IMG/VR virus record: IMGVR_UViG_3300013121_000027
Location: 64,001 to 128,000 of that record
DNA: 64,000 nt
Reading direction: 5' to 3' (one strand)
From: a virus
Taxonomy: Duplodnaviria; Caudoviricetes
Shown: positions 10,202 through 19,243 of the stretch, in pieces
How positions within the stretch are numbered: position 1 is the stretch's first letter
Layout of the letters: each line of letters begins with the position of its first letter
Program-made: the position numbers and the translations under genes
Notes under the pieces: generated by a model
What the model was told of the DNA's origin: nothing
Databases searched by the model: none
Seen by the model: the letters and a program-made list of their open reading frames with translations, nothing else

Positions 10202-10999
10202 ATGCTACTTCAAATAATCGAAAAAACAAATACCATCTCTACTTCTCTTTATTCTAAACTTGGTACAAAAGCCCAAGCTATTATCGACTGTGATGTAGAT
10301 ACCCTTAATGCCCGCATTGCTTCCTTTGGTACATATCTACCAAATGGATGTTTACCTCCCTCTGTTAGATACATGGATTTAGCAACTGGAATCGTTTTGT
10401 TTGAGCGTCCTCCGACTTATATAAACATTTCTTTTACTAATCAGTATCAAGCAAAATTAAAAGCTGAAGGACGCGCAAAGCGCTCATTTAGAATACCAAT
10501 TCCTTGGCAGCGTTATGTCGTTTATCTTGGTAGCAATGGCTTGCCTTCTACCTTGTTTGTATTTTTTGCCGGGAATCAAATACAAAGTTTAGATAACGAT
10601 CCTATGTCTTCTGCTCCGCTTCCCAATCTTTATACTAACGGTACTGTTTGCCTTCCAGTCTATGATCATCGCGACGTTGTACACTTTGATATTGGTGACG
10701 GAATATACAATATGTATGAAACTGTTTGGGGATCTGGATTCAATCTTGATGTAGTACAATGTCTTAATAATTGGCTTTCCAATAATGCTCCAACTCATCC
10801 ATTGACAAAATTTCCAAACAATATCGATAATATCGTTTCATTCTATAATCATTGGTCTAATTTTAATTTAGAACAGATAATGAAAATGAATTGGCATACT
10901 CCACTTTATAATAGTTTTACTCAACTTATCTCATCTATACCTCCAACAGAGCAAAATCATGATAGCTTTGTTGATTTATATCTTGCAATAAAAGGGTAG
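10202..10999 (+). CDS. prokaryotic E2-family ubiquitin-conjugating protein (Prok-E2_D / PRTRC B-like)
   Basis: IPIPWQRYV, APLPNLYTNGTVCLP, VWGSGFNLD. Confidence 0.8.
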   Translation: MLLQIIEKTNTISTSLYSKLGTKAQAIIDCDVDTLNARIASFGTYLPNGCLPPSVRYMDLATGIVLFERPPTYINISFTNQYQAKLKAEGRAKRSFRIPIPWQRYVVYLGSNGLPSTLFVFFAGNQIQSLDNDPMSSAPLPNLYTNGTVCLPVYDHRDVVHFDIGDGIYNMYETVWGSGFNLDVVQCLNNWLSNNAPTHPLTKFPNNIDNIVSFYNHWSNFNLEQIMKMNWHTPLYNSFTQLISSIPPTEQNHDSFVDLYLAIKG

Positions 11000-11005
11000 G
11001 TGCTT

Positions 11006-11079
11006 GGTTCTCTAGCTCAGATCGGTAGAGCGTTCGTCTGAAAAGCGAAAGGTGGTTGGTTCAATTCCAACGGGAACCA
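11006..11079 (+). tRNA. tRNA-Phe(GAA)
   Basis: cloverleaf GGTTCTC/GGGAACC, loop CTGAAAA, T-loop TTCAATT. Confidence 0.92.
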
Positions 11080-11123
11080 CAATATATAATGCTAAGGCAT
11101 TCTGAAAGGTAATAAAATCCTAC

Positions 11124-11489
11124 ATGGAAAATAAGATATGGACAGCTTTTAAATTAGACCCCCCAACTTTTACCCGTACCCAGATGGCTAAGCTACTTAA
11201 TTGTACTCCACTTACGATATCAAATCGCGAAAAGAAAAATCAGTACCCAGATCCTAAACGATCTCCTACATCTAATCATAGATTCTATACTATTCAAGAT
11301 GCTTTTCTTTTGCAATATATAACTTATCGTCAAATTAATATTTCTTCTGTAGCTGCTTTACTTTGGGATATGGGCTATACTGATACCGGTCTTGTTTTAC
11401 CATGCTTAGAAAAAGAAATAGAAGTTTTTAAAGCATCTCCAGTTTTGGCAGTTAATCAGCCTCAACCTAAAGTTGAGGATTATATATGA
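11124..11489 (+). CDS. MerR-like helix-turn-helix DNA-binding protein
   Basis: TRTQMAKLLNCTPLTISNREK...P.PKR...HRFYT. Confidence 0.75.
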   Translation: MENKIWTAFKLDPPTFTRTQMAKLLNCTPLTISNREKKNQYPDPKRSPTSNHRFYTIQDAFLLQYITYRQINISSVAALLWDMGYTDTGLVLPCLEKEIEVFKASPVLAVNQPQPKVEDYI

Positions 11490-11761
11490 GTGATCAATCA
11501 AAAATAAATCCTGAAGAACCATTTGATCTTCAGTATCAAAATGCTATATTCAATTTTCTTTTTCTATTAGTTGATTATTATAAGATGACTATGACTTCAC
11601 AAGAGGCTATAAATAAAGCATGTGATTGGTTAACCTCGTTAGCTAATCACATAAAAAGTAAAAGTTTGGAAATAACAACAGAAATAAATGACAAAACCAA
11701 ACTATTCACTAAGCTCAATAATGGACAAGATATTTAGATTGGCGAAAGGCACCGAGCTTAC

Positions 11762-12190
11762 ATGTTAAATAAGAAAAATTTAGTTATTCTTGAGGGTGGA
11801 CTTACTAAAGATCCTCAAGAGTTTGAAAATGCTAATGTTGTTCACCTATCATTAGCAGTAGATAATGCAGGACAAGAAAAAGGTGTTCAGTACGCCTCTG
11901 GCTATTTCGATGTGAAGGTTTGGCTAAATGAGTCAAAGTTTACACCGGCTGCCGTAAGCGAATATGTTCGCAATGCCCTTAAAGAAAAGACCCTAAAGAA
12001 GGGCGCACGAGTTTCTATTGTTGGAACTCTTCGTCAAGAGCGTTGGGAAAAGGATGGACAGCGTTCGTCTAAGGTAGTTGTAATTGCAGAAGCTATAGAA
12101 GTCTACACCGCCTCCAAGAATGCTGGTCAGGCTGCTACTGCTACTGCTGCAATAACCGCACAAGAAGAAACTTTCGTCCCTAATTTCTAA
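11762..12190 (+). CDS. ssb: single-stranded DNA-binding protein
   Basis: NLVILEGGLTKDP, LAVD, FDVKVW, KKGARVSIVGTLRQERWEKDGQRSSKV. Confidence 0.9.
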   Translation: MLNKKNLVILEGGLTKDPQEFENANVVHLSLAVDNAGQEKGVQYASGYFDVKVWLNESKFTPAAVSEYVRNALKEKTLKKGARVSIVGTLRQERWEKDGQRSSKVVVIAEAIEVYTASKNAGQAATATAAITAQEETFVPNF

Positions 12191-12199
12191 GGAATTGTT

Positions 12200-12922
12200 G
12201 TGGCTGAAGAAGCAGAACTCGTCACTCCGGTTGTTGTTTCTTCAGCCGCACAATCAAAACTTCTCCCCTTTTCCTTTTTAGAAACTCAGCTATACGATAA
12301 GATGTCAAAACTATTGACGTCTTATATGCCAGCAGCCGATATTAGATATATGATTTCTGAAATTAAGTCAGATCTTTTTGCCGGGTTTACTAAGATTGAT
12401 TCTAAGCAACTTCATACCGTAATACATCATTGTAAAAAATGCCCAAATGTTTCTGGATCTCCCATCCTTCCATCTTGGAATTGCACCGATCCAGATCTCA
12501 TGATTATAGTTGAGAGTCCTACCATAATAGAACGTTATGGTTCCTTTCTCTTTAACGCTTTAAAACAGACTGGATTTTCTTCAAATAGATGTGTCTTAAC
12601 TTATGTTACAAGATGTAAGGTTAAAGAATTAACTCAACAGAACGTAGATTCTTGTTTGCCCTATCTTCATACTGAACTTCCAATTCTCAATCCTAAAGTT
12701 ATTATGCCTTTAGGTCTATCTGTTTTTCAGTTTTTAACTGGAGATATCAATTCTAAGCTAAATGAGATAAAGGGAATTGTTCGTTCTTGGGGAACTTATT
12801 CTATTATTCCCGAAGTTTCTTTGGGTACTTTATATCACGCGAATGAAAAAGGACAAGGGGCATATGATGCATTTGTTGCCTCATTAGAAAAAACATATAA
12901 TTATCTTTACTTAGGAGGATGA
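12200..12922 (+). CDS. uracil-DNA glycosylase family-4-like protein (divergent)
   Basis: CKKC, DLMIIVESP, TYVTRC, CLPYL..EL..LNPKVIMPLG. Confidence 0.7.
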   Translation: MAEEAELVTPVVVSSAAQSKLLPFSFLETQLYDKMSKLLTSYMPAADIRYMISEIKSDLFAGFTKIDSKQLHTVIHHCKKCPNVSGSPILPSWNCTDPDLMIIVESPTIIERYGSFLFNALKQTGFSSNRCVLTYVTRCKVKELTQQNVDSCLPYLHTELPILNPKVIMPLGLSVFQFLTGDINSKLNEIKGIVRSWGTYSIIPEVSLGTLYHANEKGQGAYDAFVASLEKTYNYLYLGG

Positions 12923-14556
12923 CTTACCACTATGACCGATGGCGGAGATATTCAAACCATTGGCTATAGTCCTATTCAGTTTAGTGAATTAGTCGAGAAA
13001 GAATTAAAAACTCCCGATTCACTTACTAAAAATGAATTAAGCTATTTAAAAACACATAAACCCTACTGGCGTTCTGAACTTATTAACTTAAAAAAGAGAA
13101 CAGAATTTCAATTAACTTCTTCTAAAGCGCGTCAATTCTCTCTTTATAAAGAAAAAATAAATAACAAATTGACTGAAGCTCAATATGTTGATAAACTTCA
13201 AGTAGAAAAATCTTGGCGTTGTAACGCAACAAGATTTGTACAACAACTTGAATTTAAAATTTCTGAGGTAAAGATGATGACTGATGCGTGATTTAATTTC
13301 TAAAATAAAAAACTCTCAACCTACAAAAACAGGCGAGGAAGCTGCATTAGCTTTAGCCAATATTGTCATGAATCCTACTTGGGTTTCAGCTTCGTCGCTT
13401 GTTTTTGGTATAGAAGAGATGATTGATTACGCAAGTAATTTTATCAGCTATGATGCCCGTATTGTTGTTCACGATGAAGAATTATTTACAATTCAGCCTA
13501 TTCATATTTTGCATATAGATGAGTCCATTCTTACTGACGGATGGAAAAATATTTGGGTTTTACTTTATAGCAATGGTGCAGTTTCTTATGGAGAAAAAGA
13601 AGATCCCAATGACAATTTGTTAGCAGTCTTTGTCGATGAATCTCTTATTGATCCTGCTAACTTAGTTGAGATTGTTCTTAAGAAAGATTCTCAATGAAGA
13701 AAGTTTATGTTCCCCATCTCTCATCTATAGTTACTTTACCACTTGAGAAGTGGGGACCTCTTTCTTTAAATGATATAGTGTTTGCTTACGACGGCAACGA
13801 TACGATAGCTTGGTTATCTATTATTGAAATAGATACCGATAGCAATATTGCTACTGCTAAAGTCTTAGATTATTTTGATAATTTAGAATAACTTGTAAAG
13901 GAAAATCAATTGGACGATTCATCAGAAATGATCCCTCTAGAAGATGTAGTCGTTATGTCTGATTATTTTTTGGATGTTTTGTCAATAGCAGGTATTCTTT
14001 ACCAGAACCATGATGAACCTGGTTCTATTGTTCCTGAAGGTTTAGAACCAAAACAATATCTTACTCTTGGAGAAAAACTCTATGAGATAATGCAACAAAG
14101 ATTTGGTGAAAATGTTTCTGAAAGTGAAAAACTTAAGTTTTTTACCTGGTTGATGGTACAATATTCTTGCCTCTATGTTTTAAAAACTTTTCCAGATAAG
14201 ATTCCTTTACCAGAAATTATAGAACAAGAAATAAAGTACTCGTTTATAAAAGAAAATCCTGAGCTATATTAGGACCTAACAGATGAGTAGACGCAGAGTG
14301 CAAAAATCTAAAGGTAAGAAAAACTATAAAAATACCTCCATCATTGAAGGTAACAAGACTTTTTATATTGACGAAGATGGATCTGTAATTCCCCTTCGTC
14401 CAAGTAAATCTGTAAGGTATGATTCCCCTAAGGGTGCTATAAATAATCGCCATAACAATAATCAACAAGTCAATAGCCAGCCTGACAAAAGTAAGAAGAG
14501 GCATAGGTACGCTTATGCAAATTTTCATCAAATGGATTTAGTAGCCGAAGAAATTT

Positions 14557-15102
14557 TTGGACCATCTCGCAACTATCATGACTCTTTATCTTAGAATAGA
14601 CGACAATAAACATTTTAATTGGTTGAAAAAGATCATTGATGGTTGGTATAATGCCGATCCCAATGATCAACGACTTCAAATTAATTATGAGCCAATAGCT
14701 GGCTGGTATAAATATCTTAATGAAAATGTTGTTAATGTATCTGAAGTCATTGCTGAAGTCGAGCCTGAACAACTACCTATTCTTCTTGATAAAACACATG
14801 TTAAAAAAGTACAGAAACCTATGAAGAAAGCTTCTCCACCTGTTGACGGAGTCAAGCGTAAAGGTCGTCCTCCTTCCAAGCAAACTTTAGCTGCTCGTAA
14901 GCAAAAAGAAAAAGCTGAGAAGATAAAAGAAAAATTAGCTGATCCCTTTTTCTGTCCTGATCATCCCACTTATGGTGGTAAGAATCGTATCAGCAGAGAT
15001 TGCTCAAGATGCTGGGATATTTATAAGTCCTTCCATCCAGCCGATTGGAAGCAGGCTTGGAATGCTTTTCAAAGAACTAAGAATAAGACTGCGCAAAATT
15101 AA
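14557..15102 (+). CDS. hypothetical protein with AT-hook-like KGRP motif and C-terminal Zn site
   Basis: KRKGRPP, CPDHP...CSRC. Confidence 0.5.
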   Translation: MDHLATIMTLYLRIDDNKHFNWLKKIIDGWYNADPNDQRLQINYEPIAGWYKYLNENVVNVSEVIAEVEPEQLPILLDKTHVKKVQKPMKKASPPVDGVKRKGRPPSKQTLAARKQKEKAEKIKEKLADPFFCPDHPTYGGKNRISRDCSRCWDIYKSFHPADWKQAWNAFQRTKNKTAQN

Positions 15103-15435
15103 ATATGAAGATACCTAATAATCGTTTAACGGCTAATAAAAGATCTATTTATAGCGCAAAAGCAATGATCGTTCATCATGATTTATGGAATCATTGGAAT
15201 ATTTATTGTTCCTTTAAGGATGAGAACGATACTTCTTGGCAGAAGTATGTTCACAGGGATAATAGCTACTACGACTACTACTACAGTAGCAAGTGGCGAC
15301 ATAGAACAAGATCTGCTCAAAGACTTAGTGTGGGTATGACCTTTTCTCCAATGTATGGTTCCGCATTGATAAAAATAATGTATCCCAATAATTATACTTC
15401 ACAAAATGAATTTCCATTATTAGCTCAAGAATTGG

Positions 15436-16620
15436 ATGGTATTATTGATGGTTGATCTTCCTAAGGTTATTCCTACGGCTGATTTACTTGATCCAGAAGA
15501 CAGAGCAATAAATATTGCTATCAATGCTCGTGGATTTAATAGAAGGCGTTCTATTTCCGCCAAAAAAGAATTAATTGCTCCAGATTTTCAAGAGGTTTTT
15601 AATGCTAAATTTGGATCCAATATTCTTTTAGATTCTATGGATGTTGCTTATGATCCTAAAACAAAAACTAACAAGTTTTATGGTAGTATTATTTTTGATC
15701 TCTCTGATGCTATCCTGGTTTATTTTCGTTCCGCTTCGGATTTTAATTATTTCCACTTTTGGTCAGACAAAAATAAAATTGCAGAAGACTATTGTGCTTG
15801 GGTACAGCAGAATCTTATCTTAGATAAGGTTCAAAATGTATTTGATGATAAGAATAATACTCGTGAGATAACCTTTTGGGCAGCAATGGGTGGTGATTAT
15901 GAAGATTTTAATAGGTCTGTTGTTCTTTATAATTGGGATGATCATGTTCAATACAATTATCCTCCCGCAGTTGCTAAACAACTGAATTTCTTGCGCGATC
16001 TTAATCCACCTATTCTTGGCGGTAAGATCTTAATCTTCCATGGAAGTCCTGGTACTGGTAAAACCTCCTTTCTAAGGTGCCTCACGCGCCACTGGACCGA
16101 CTGGTGCCACACTTCTTATATCACTGATCCTGAGAACTTCCTGGGACAACCTGGAGCCATGCTTCGGGTAATCACCTGGAACTATCAATCTTTTATTGCC
16201 GCAGATGTTTTACCCGAAAACGCATATCATCTTCTTATCCTTGAAGATGCTGATGAATTGATAACTACAGATGCAAAAGAAAGAACCGGGCAAGCCCTTT
16301 CTCGTCTCCTCAATATAGGAGATGGTTTGTTGGGTCATTCAACAAATCTTCTTATTTGTATTACTACTAATGTTGAGGTAGAAAAATTGCATCCTGCCAT
16401 TACTCGTAACGGTAGATGTATTGCGAATATTCACTTTGATATGTTCACCTATGAAGAATCTGTTGATTGGTTAAAAGCCAACAATATTGAGGCTTCTCCA
16501 CACGAGATGGGCTTGAAGCACGCTGAGAAATATAGTCTTGCGGATCTTTATGCGCTTTCGAGCAAAGCAAAACAAATCACTCACAAACAAGAAGACTTTG
16601 CAGTGGGTATCTATCTATAG
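15436..16620 (+). CDS. AAA ATPase (DUF5925/BCS1-like)
   Basis: GKILIFHGSPGTGKT, LILEDADE, LSRLLNIGDGLLG, HPAITRNGR. Confidence 0.85.
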   Translation: MVLLMVDLPKVIPTADLLDPEDRAINIAINARGFNRRRSISAKKELIAPDFQEVFNAKFGSNILLDSMDVAYDPKTKTNKFYGSIIFDLSDAILVYFRSASDFNYFHFWSDKNKIAEDYCAWVQQNLILDKVQNVFDDKNNTREITFWAAMGGDYEDFNRSVVLYNWDDHVQYNYPPAVAKQLNFLRDLNPPILGGKILIFHGSPGTGKTSFLRCLTRHWTDWCHTSYITDPENFLGQPGAMLRVITWNYQSFIAADVLPENAYHLLILEDADELITTDAKERTGQALSRLLNIGDGLLGHSTNLLICITTNVEVEKLHPAITRNGRCIANIHFDMFTYEESVDWLKANNIEASPHEMGLKHAEKYSLADLYALSSKAKQITHKQEDFAVGIYL

Positions 16621-16626
16621 TATAAT
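16598..16626 (+). promoter_or_regulatory. sigma70-type promoter upstream of the vWA-Pth2-tRNA-Y RNA-Ro60 region
   Basis: TTGCAG-17 nt-TATAAT. Confidence 0.6.
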
Positions 16627-16661
16627 ACTAATTACATACATGTAAAATAAAAAGGATTTAA

Positions 16662-17360
16662 ATGACAAAGAAAAATTACACTCATATTACTGCCGTTGTA
16701 GATCGTTCTGGATCGATGGTGACCATTCAGGAAGATGCCCAAGGTGGTATTAACCAGCTTATTGTAGCAAATAAAGAAGCTCCTGGTCAATGTACCTTTG
16801 CTCTCTATCAGTTTGATACAGAATTCGAAACTGTAGTTGCACCATCAAACATTTCTATGGTCGGAGAGTATACTCTTGTACCTCGTGGTGGAACTGCCCT
16901 TCTTGATGCTCAATGGAAAGCTATTCAACTAACTGGTGAATATCTTAAGTCTTTACCAGAAAAACAACGTCCTGAAAAGGTTATCTTCATCACCGTAACT
17001 GATGGTGGGGAAAATATGTCAAAGGAAATTGTTGGATGGCAAGGTACACAAAACCTTAAGAATAAAATTGAAGAGCAGAAGAATAAGTATTCTTGGGATT
17101 TCGTTTACATTGGCGCCAATCAGGACGCTTTTGCTGTCGGTCAATCAATGGGAATTAATACTACTACTACCTATATACCAAATACCTGGTCCACTAAGGC
17201 TATGTACGGCAATCTTGCGACCGCTACTGTGACCTCACGTGCTACAGGCGAATCAATGACTAATTATCTTGCTTCGTCTGTCACTGCTGATGGCACTCTT
17301 GTCTTTGATAAGAAAGACAAAGAGGAAAAGAAAGAAGCTACAACTGGAGATAATAAATGA
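16662..17360 (+). CDS. von Willebrand factor A domain protein
   Basis: MIDAS DRSGSM, PRGGTALLDA, TDGGEN, WDFVYIGANQDA. Confidence 0.9.
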   Translation: MTKKNYTHITAVVDRSGSMVTIQEDAQGGINQLIVANKEAPGQCTFALYQFDTEFETVVAPSNISMVGEYTLVPRGGTALLDAQWKAIQLTGEYLKSLPEKQRPEKVIFITVTDGGENMSKEIVGWQGTQNLKNKIEEQKNKYSWDFVYIGANQDAFAVGQSMGINTTTTYIPNTWSTKAMYGNLATATVTSRATGESMTNYLASSVTADGTLVFDKKDKEEKKEATTGDNK

Positions 17361-17725
17361 ACGTATAGGGTAAATTATACCTTTTCATTAGATCAGATTT
17401 ATCACCTGGGTTAATTACTGCTCAGGCTTGTCATGTTGCTATGTCTGCATGCGAGAAATGGGATTTATATCCTGACAATATAGTTGTTGTATTGGATGGA
17501 GGTAAATCCGAAGATGATCTAATGATTCTTTTAGACAAGTTGACTTGGTGGTGTGGCAATTCTGAATTTTGGGAAGAACCGCGCTTAGGAGACGATGACG
17601 TTGTCGTTTTCCGTGAACCAGATCTTCTTGAGGACATGACAGGATTTGCAATAGTTCCTGGCAAACTTCCTGATTGGGTCTTATCCATCCCTCTTCTGTT
17701 TTCGGAAGGGGGTGAATCTAAATGA
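17357..17725 (+). CDS. peptidyl-tRNA hydrolase 2 (Pth2)-like protein with in-frame TAG at codon 4
   Basis: ATG AAC GTA TAG then GKLYLFIRSDLSPGLITAQACHVA...IVVVL...FREPDL..MTGFAIVP...LSIPLL; SD GGAGA and ATGA coupling to vWA. Confidence 0.75.
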
Positions 17726-18033
17726 CTATAGGTACAATCCTCTCCACTGAAGAGCGCTTGCAAGAACAAGTAAATTCTCTTCGCCAACAGGTTGGCAATT
17801 TAAACTACGAACTGTATCACTACAGAGACGAAAATAAAAAACCTTCCTGGCTTCAGGCAAAGATGATGAGTCAAGCTAAAGCTCTTACGAATTTGAATAA
17901 AAGAGTTCGTATGCAGCGGCTTATTCTCAGAGAGTTGAATGTTATTAATCCTGAACTCGCAGATACTATATTTAACTTGGTTAAAGATAAGTATCCAGTC
18001 GAGTTAAATGATCAAATACAATTAACTTTCTAA
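17722..18033 (+). CDS. coiled-coil hypothetical protein
   Basis: ATGA overlap, ends QIQLTF. Confidence 0.6.
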   Translation: MTIGTILSTEERLQEQVNSLRQQVGNLNYELYHYRDENKKPSWLQAKMMSQAKALTNLNKRVRMQRLILRELNVINPELADTIFNLVKDKYPVELNDQIQLTF

Positions 18034-18038
18034 CAGAT

Positions 18039-18078
18039 TTACCTTCTGGAGTTTCGCGGAACGTACTCCAGGAGGTAA
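18039..18078 (+). other. 14-bp hairpin immediately 5' of the suppressor tRNA
   Basis: TTACCTTCTGGAGT / ACTCCAGGAGGTAA. Confidence 0.6.
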
Positions 18079-18081
18079 TAC

Positions 18082-18155
18082 GGTTTCATAGTTCAATGTA
18101 GAACGACATCCTCTAAAGATGTGCGTTGCGGGTTCAAGTCCCGCTGAAACCTCCA
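18082..18155 (+). tRNA. amber suppressor tRNA (anticodon CTA)
   Basis: GGTTTCA/TGAAACC acceptor, ACATC-CTCTAAA-GATGT, T-arm GCGGG-TTCAAGT-CCCGC, encoded CCA. Confidence 0.88.
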
Positions 18156-18355
18156 TGAATAACCATCCCCTAATAGGCAGATGTGTCGAGCTTGTTGAAA
18201 TGATAGACGATCCAGATCCAATTCCCTATGGTGCAAGAGGGACTGTGATGCGTGTTGTTCGATTTTTAGAAACAGAAGTTATAACTGTTAATTGGGAAAT
18301 AAAAAGATGTTTAAATCTTGTCTCACCACCCGATAAATATGTTATAATAGATTAG
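18155..18355 (+). CDS. DUF4314-like small protein
   Basis: G.RVEL..M.DDP.PIP.G..GTV..V.....I.V.W.....L.LV...D.Y pattern; ATG overlaps tRNA CCA. Confidence 0.7.
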   Translation: MNNHPLIGRCVELVEMIDDPDPIPYGARGTVMRVVRFLETEVITVNWEIKRCLNLVSPPDKYVIID

Positions 18356-18378
18356 TAAGAAAAGTAAAAAGGTTTATT

Positions 18379-18443
18379 GTATGAACCGAATTTGAAGCGT
18401 TATCTTCTGGTGGTAAAATGCTTCATTGTTAACTTGTTCATAC
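18379..18443 (+). ncRNA. Y RNA-like unit 1
   Basis: GTATGAAC-CGAA...CTT-GTTCATAC stem; upper stem TGAAGCG/TGCTTCA; TTATC. Confidence 0.8.
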
Positions 18444-18453
18444 TCAAGTTTAA

Positions 18454-18531
18454 AGCTTTGAACCGAATTGAAAACGATTATCTAATTGTAAATAGAACCC
18501 AAACTCGTTTTCTATCAACTTGTTCATTGCT
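18454..18531 (+). ncRNA. Y RNA-like unit 2
   Basis: TGAAC-CGAA...CTT-GTTCA; GAAAACGA/TCGTTTTC; TTATC. Confidence 0.8.
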
Positions 18532-18538
18532 CAGTTTA

Positions 18539-18663
18539 GTTAGAGCCGAACTTCAATTGATTATCATAGGTTCGAATCCCATAACCCCTAACGGGGGTTG
18601 CGCACCGGCGTTTGGTGCACCCAGTATAGTTCTGGGTTTCAATTGGAAAATACTTGTTCTAAC
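18539..18663 (+). ncRNA. Y RNA-like unit 3 (T-loop plus three hairpins)
   Basis: GTTAGAGC-CGAA...CTT-GTTCTAAC; TTCAATTGA/TCAATTGGA; TTATC; GGTTCGAATCC. Confidence 0.82.
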
Positions 18664-18672
18664 ATTATTTAA

Positions 18673-18787
18673 ATCTTAAGCCGAATTTAAACGATTATCG
18701 CATATGGTTGACGAAGATGACACCAATAAGTCCATCTGAGCGGTTCGAATCCGCATTAAAATTCGTTTGAAATCCCTTGCTTAAGAT
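18673..18787 (+). ncRNA. Y RNA-like unit 4 (T-arm containing)
   Basis: ATCTTAAGC-CGAA...CTT-GCTTAAGAT; TTTAAACGA/TCGTTTGAA; TTATC; GCGGTTCGAATCCGC. Confidence 0.82.
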
Positions 18788-18794
18788 ATTTTTA

Positions 18795-18929
18795 TGTCAA
18801 AGCCGAATAAAATTCTTTATCGCCTTTCAAGCGGGTGGTCACAGGTTCAAATCCTGTCAAGGGCTAATTCCCTTTGTAGCTCAGTCCGGTAGAGCACCTA
18901 AACGAGGATTTTAAAAACTTGTTTTGACG
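18795..18929 (+). ncRNA. Y RNA-like unit 5 (YrlA-type, circularly permuted tRNA mimic)
   Basis: TGTCAAAGC-CGAA...CTT-GTTTTGACG; T-arm ACAGGTTCAAATCCTGT, capped acceptor stem, then D-arm TAGCTCAGTCCGGTAGAGCA. Confidence 0.88.
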
Positions 18930-18936
18930 CCCTCTA

Positions 18937-19098
18937 ATTAAGAACCGAATTTAAACGATTATCATTTACCATACAACGGCAGAGATAGTATCGAAGCCAA
19001 CAAGAAGTCTCCTTGTAAAAAGAGAAAGATAAGCTACAAATAAGCGGAATCGCTGTAGTAATACAGTTATAATTCGTTTGAAGCAACTTGTTCTTAAT
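18937..19098 (+). ncRNA. Y RNA-like unit 6 (long A-rich cargo)
   Basis: ATTAAGAAC-CGAA...CTT-GTTCTTAAT; TTTAAACGA/TCGTTTGAA; TTATC. Confidence 0.8.
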
Positions 19099-19106
19099 AT
19101 CTCTTA

Positions 19107-19195
19107 ATCTTAAACCGAAATAATATGGTTCTCAGCAGCGTCTAACAGACAGTGGTTCGACTCCACAACCCGTATTAGCTCAACTTGTTTAAGAT
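19107..19195 (+). ncRNA. Y RNA-like unit 7 (T-arm containing)
   Basis: ATCTTAAAC-CGAA...CTT-GTTTAAGAT; TAATATGG/CCGTATTA; GTGGTTCGACTCCAC. Confidence 0.8.
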
Positions 19196-19243
19196 GCATT
19201 TTATATTTATCTTGTTCCCATCACATAGAAAGGAGAACCGAAA

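Noticed and set aside
18082-18155. Pyrrolysine tRNA
   Set aside because: Has a 5-bp anticodon stem, 5-nt variable loop and canonical T-loop, and no pyl genes are present.
18377-18679. 100-aa ORF in the ORF track
   Set aside because: Overlaps Y RNA units 1-3, has a TTG start and no protein-like features.
18379-19195. CRISPR array interpretation of the repeats before Ro60
   Set aside because: Repeats are short motifs within covarying stems, unit lengths vary 65-160 nt, inserts are structured, and no cas operon is present; the Y RNA model fits far better.
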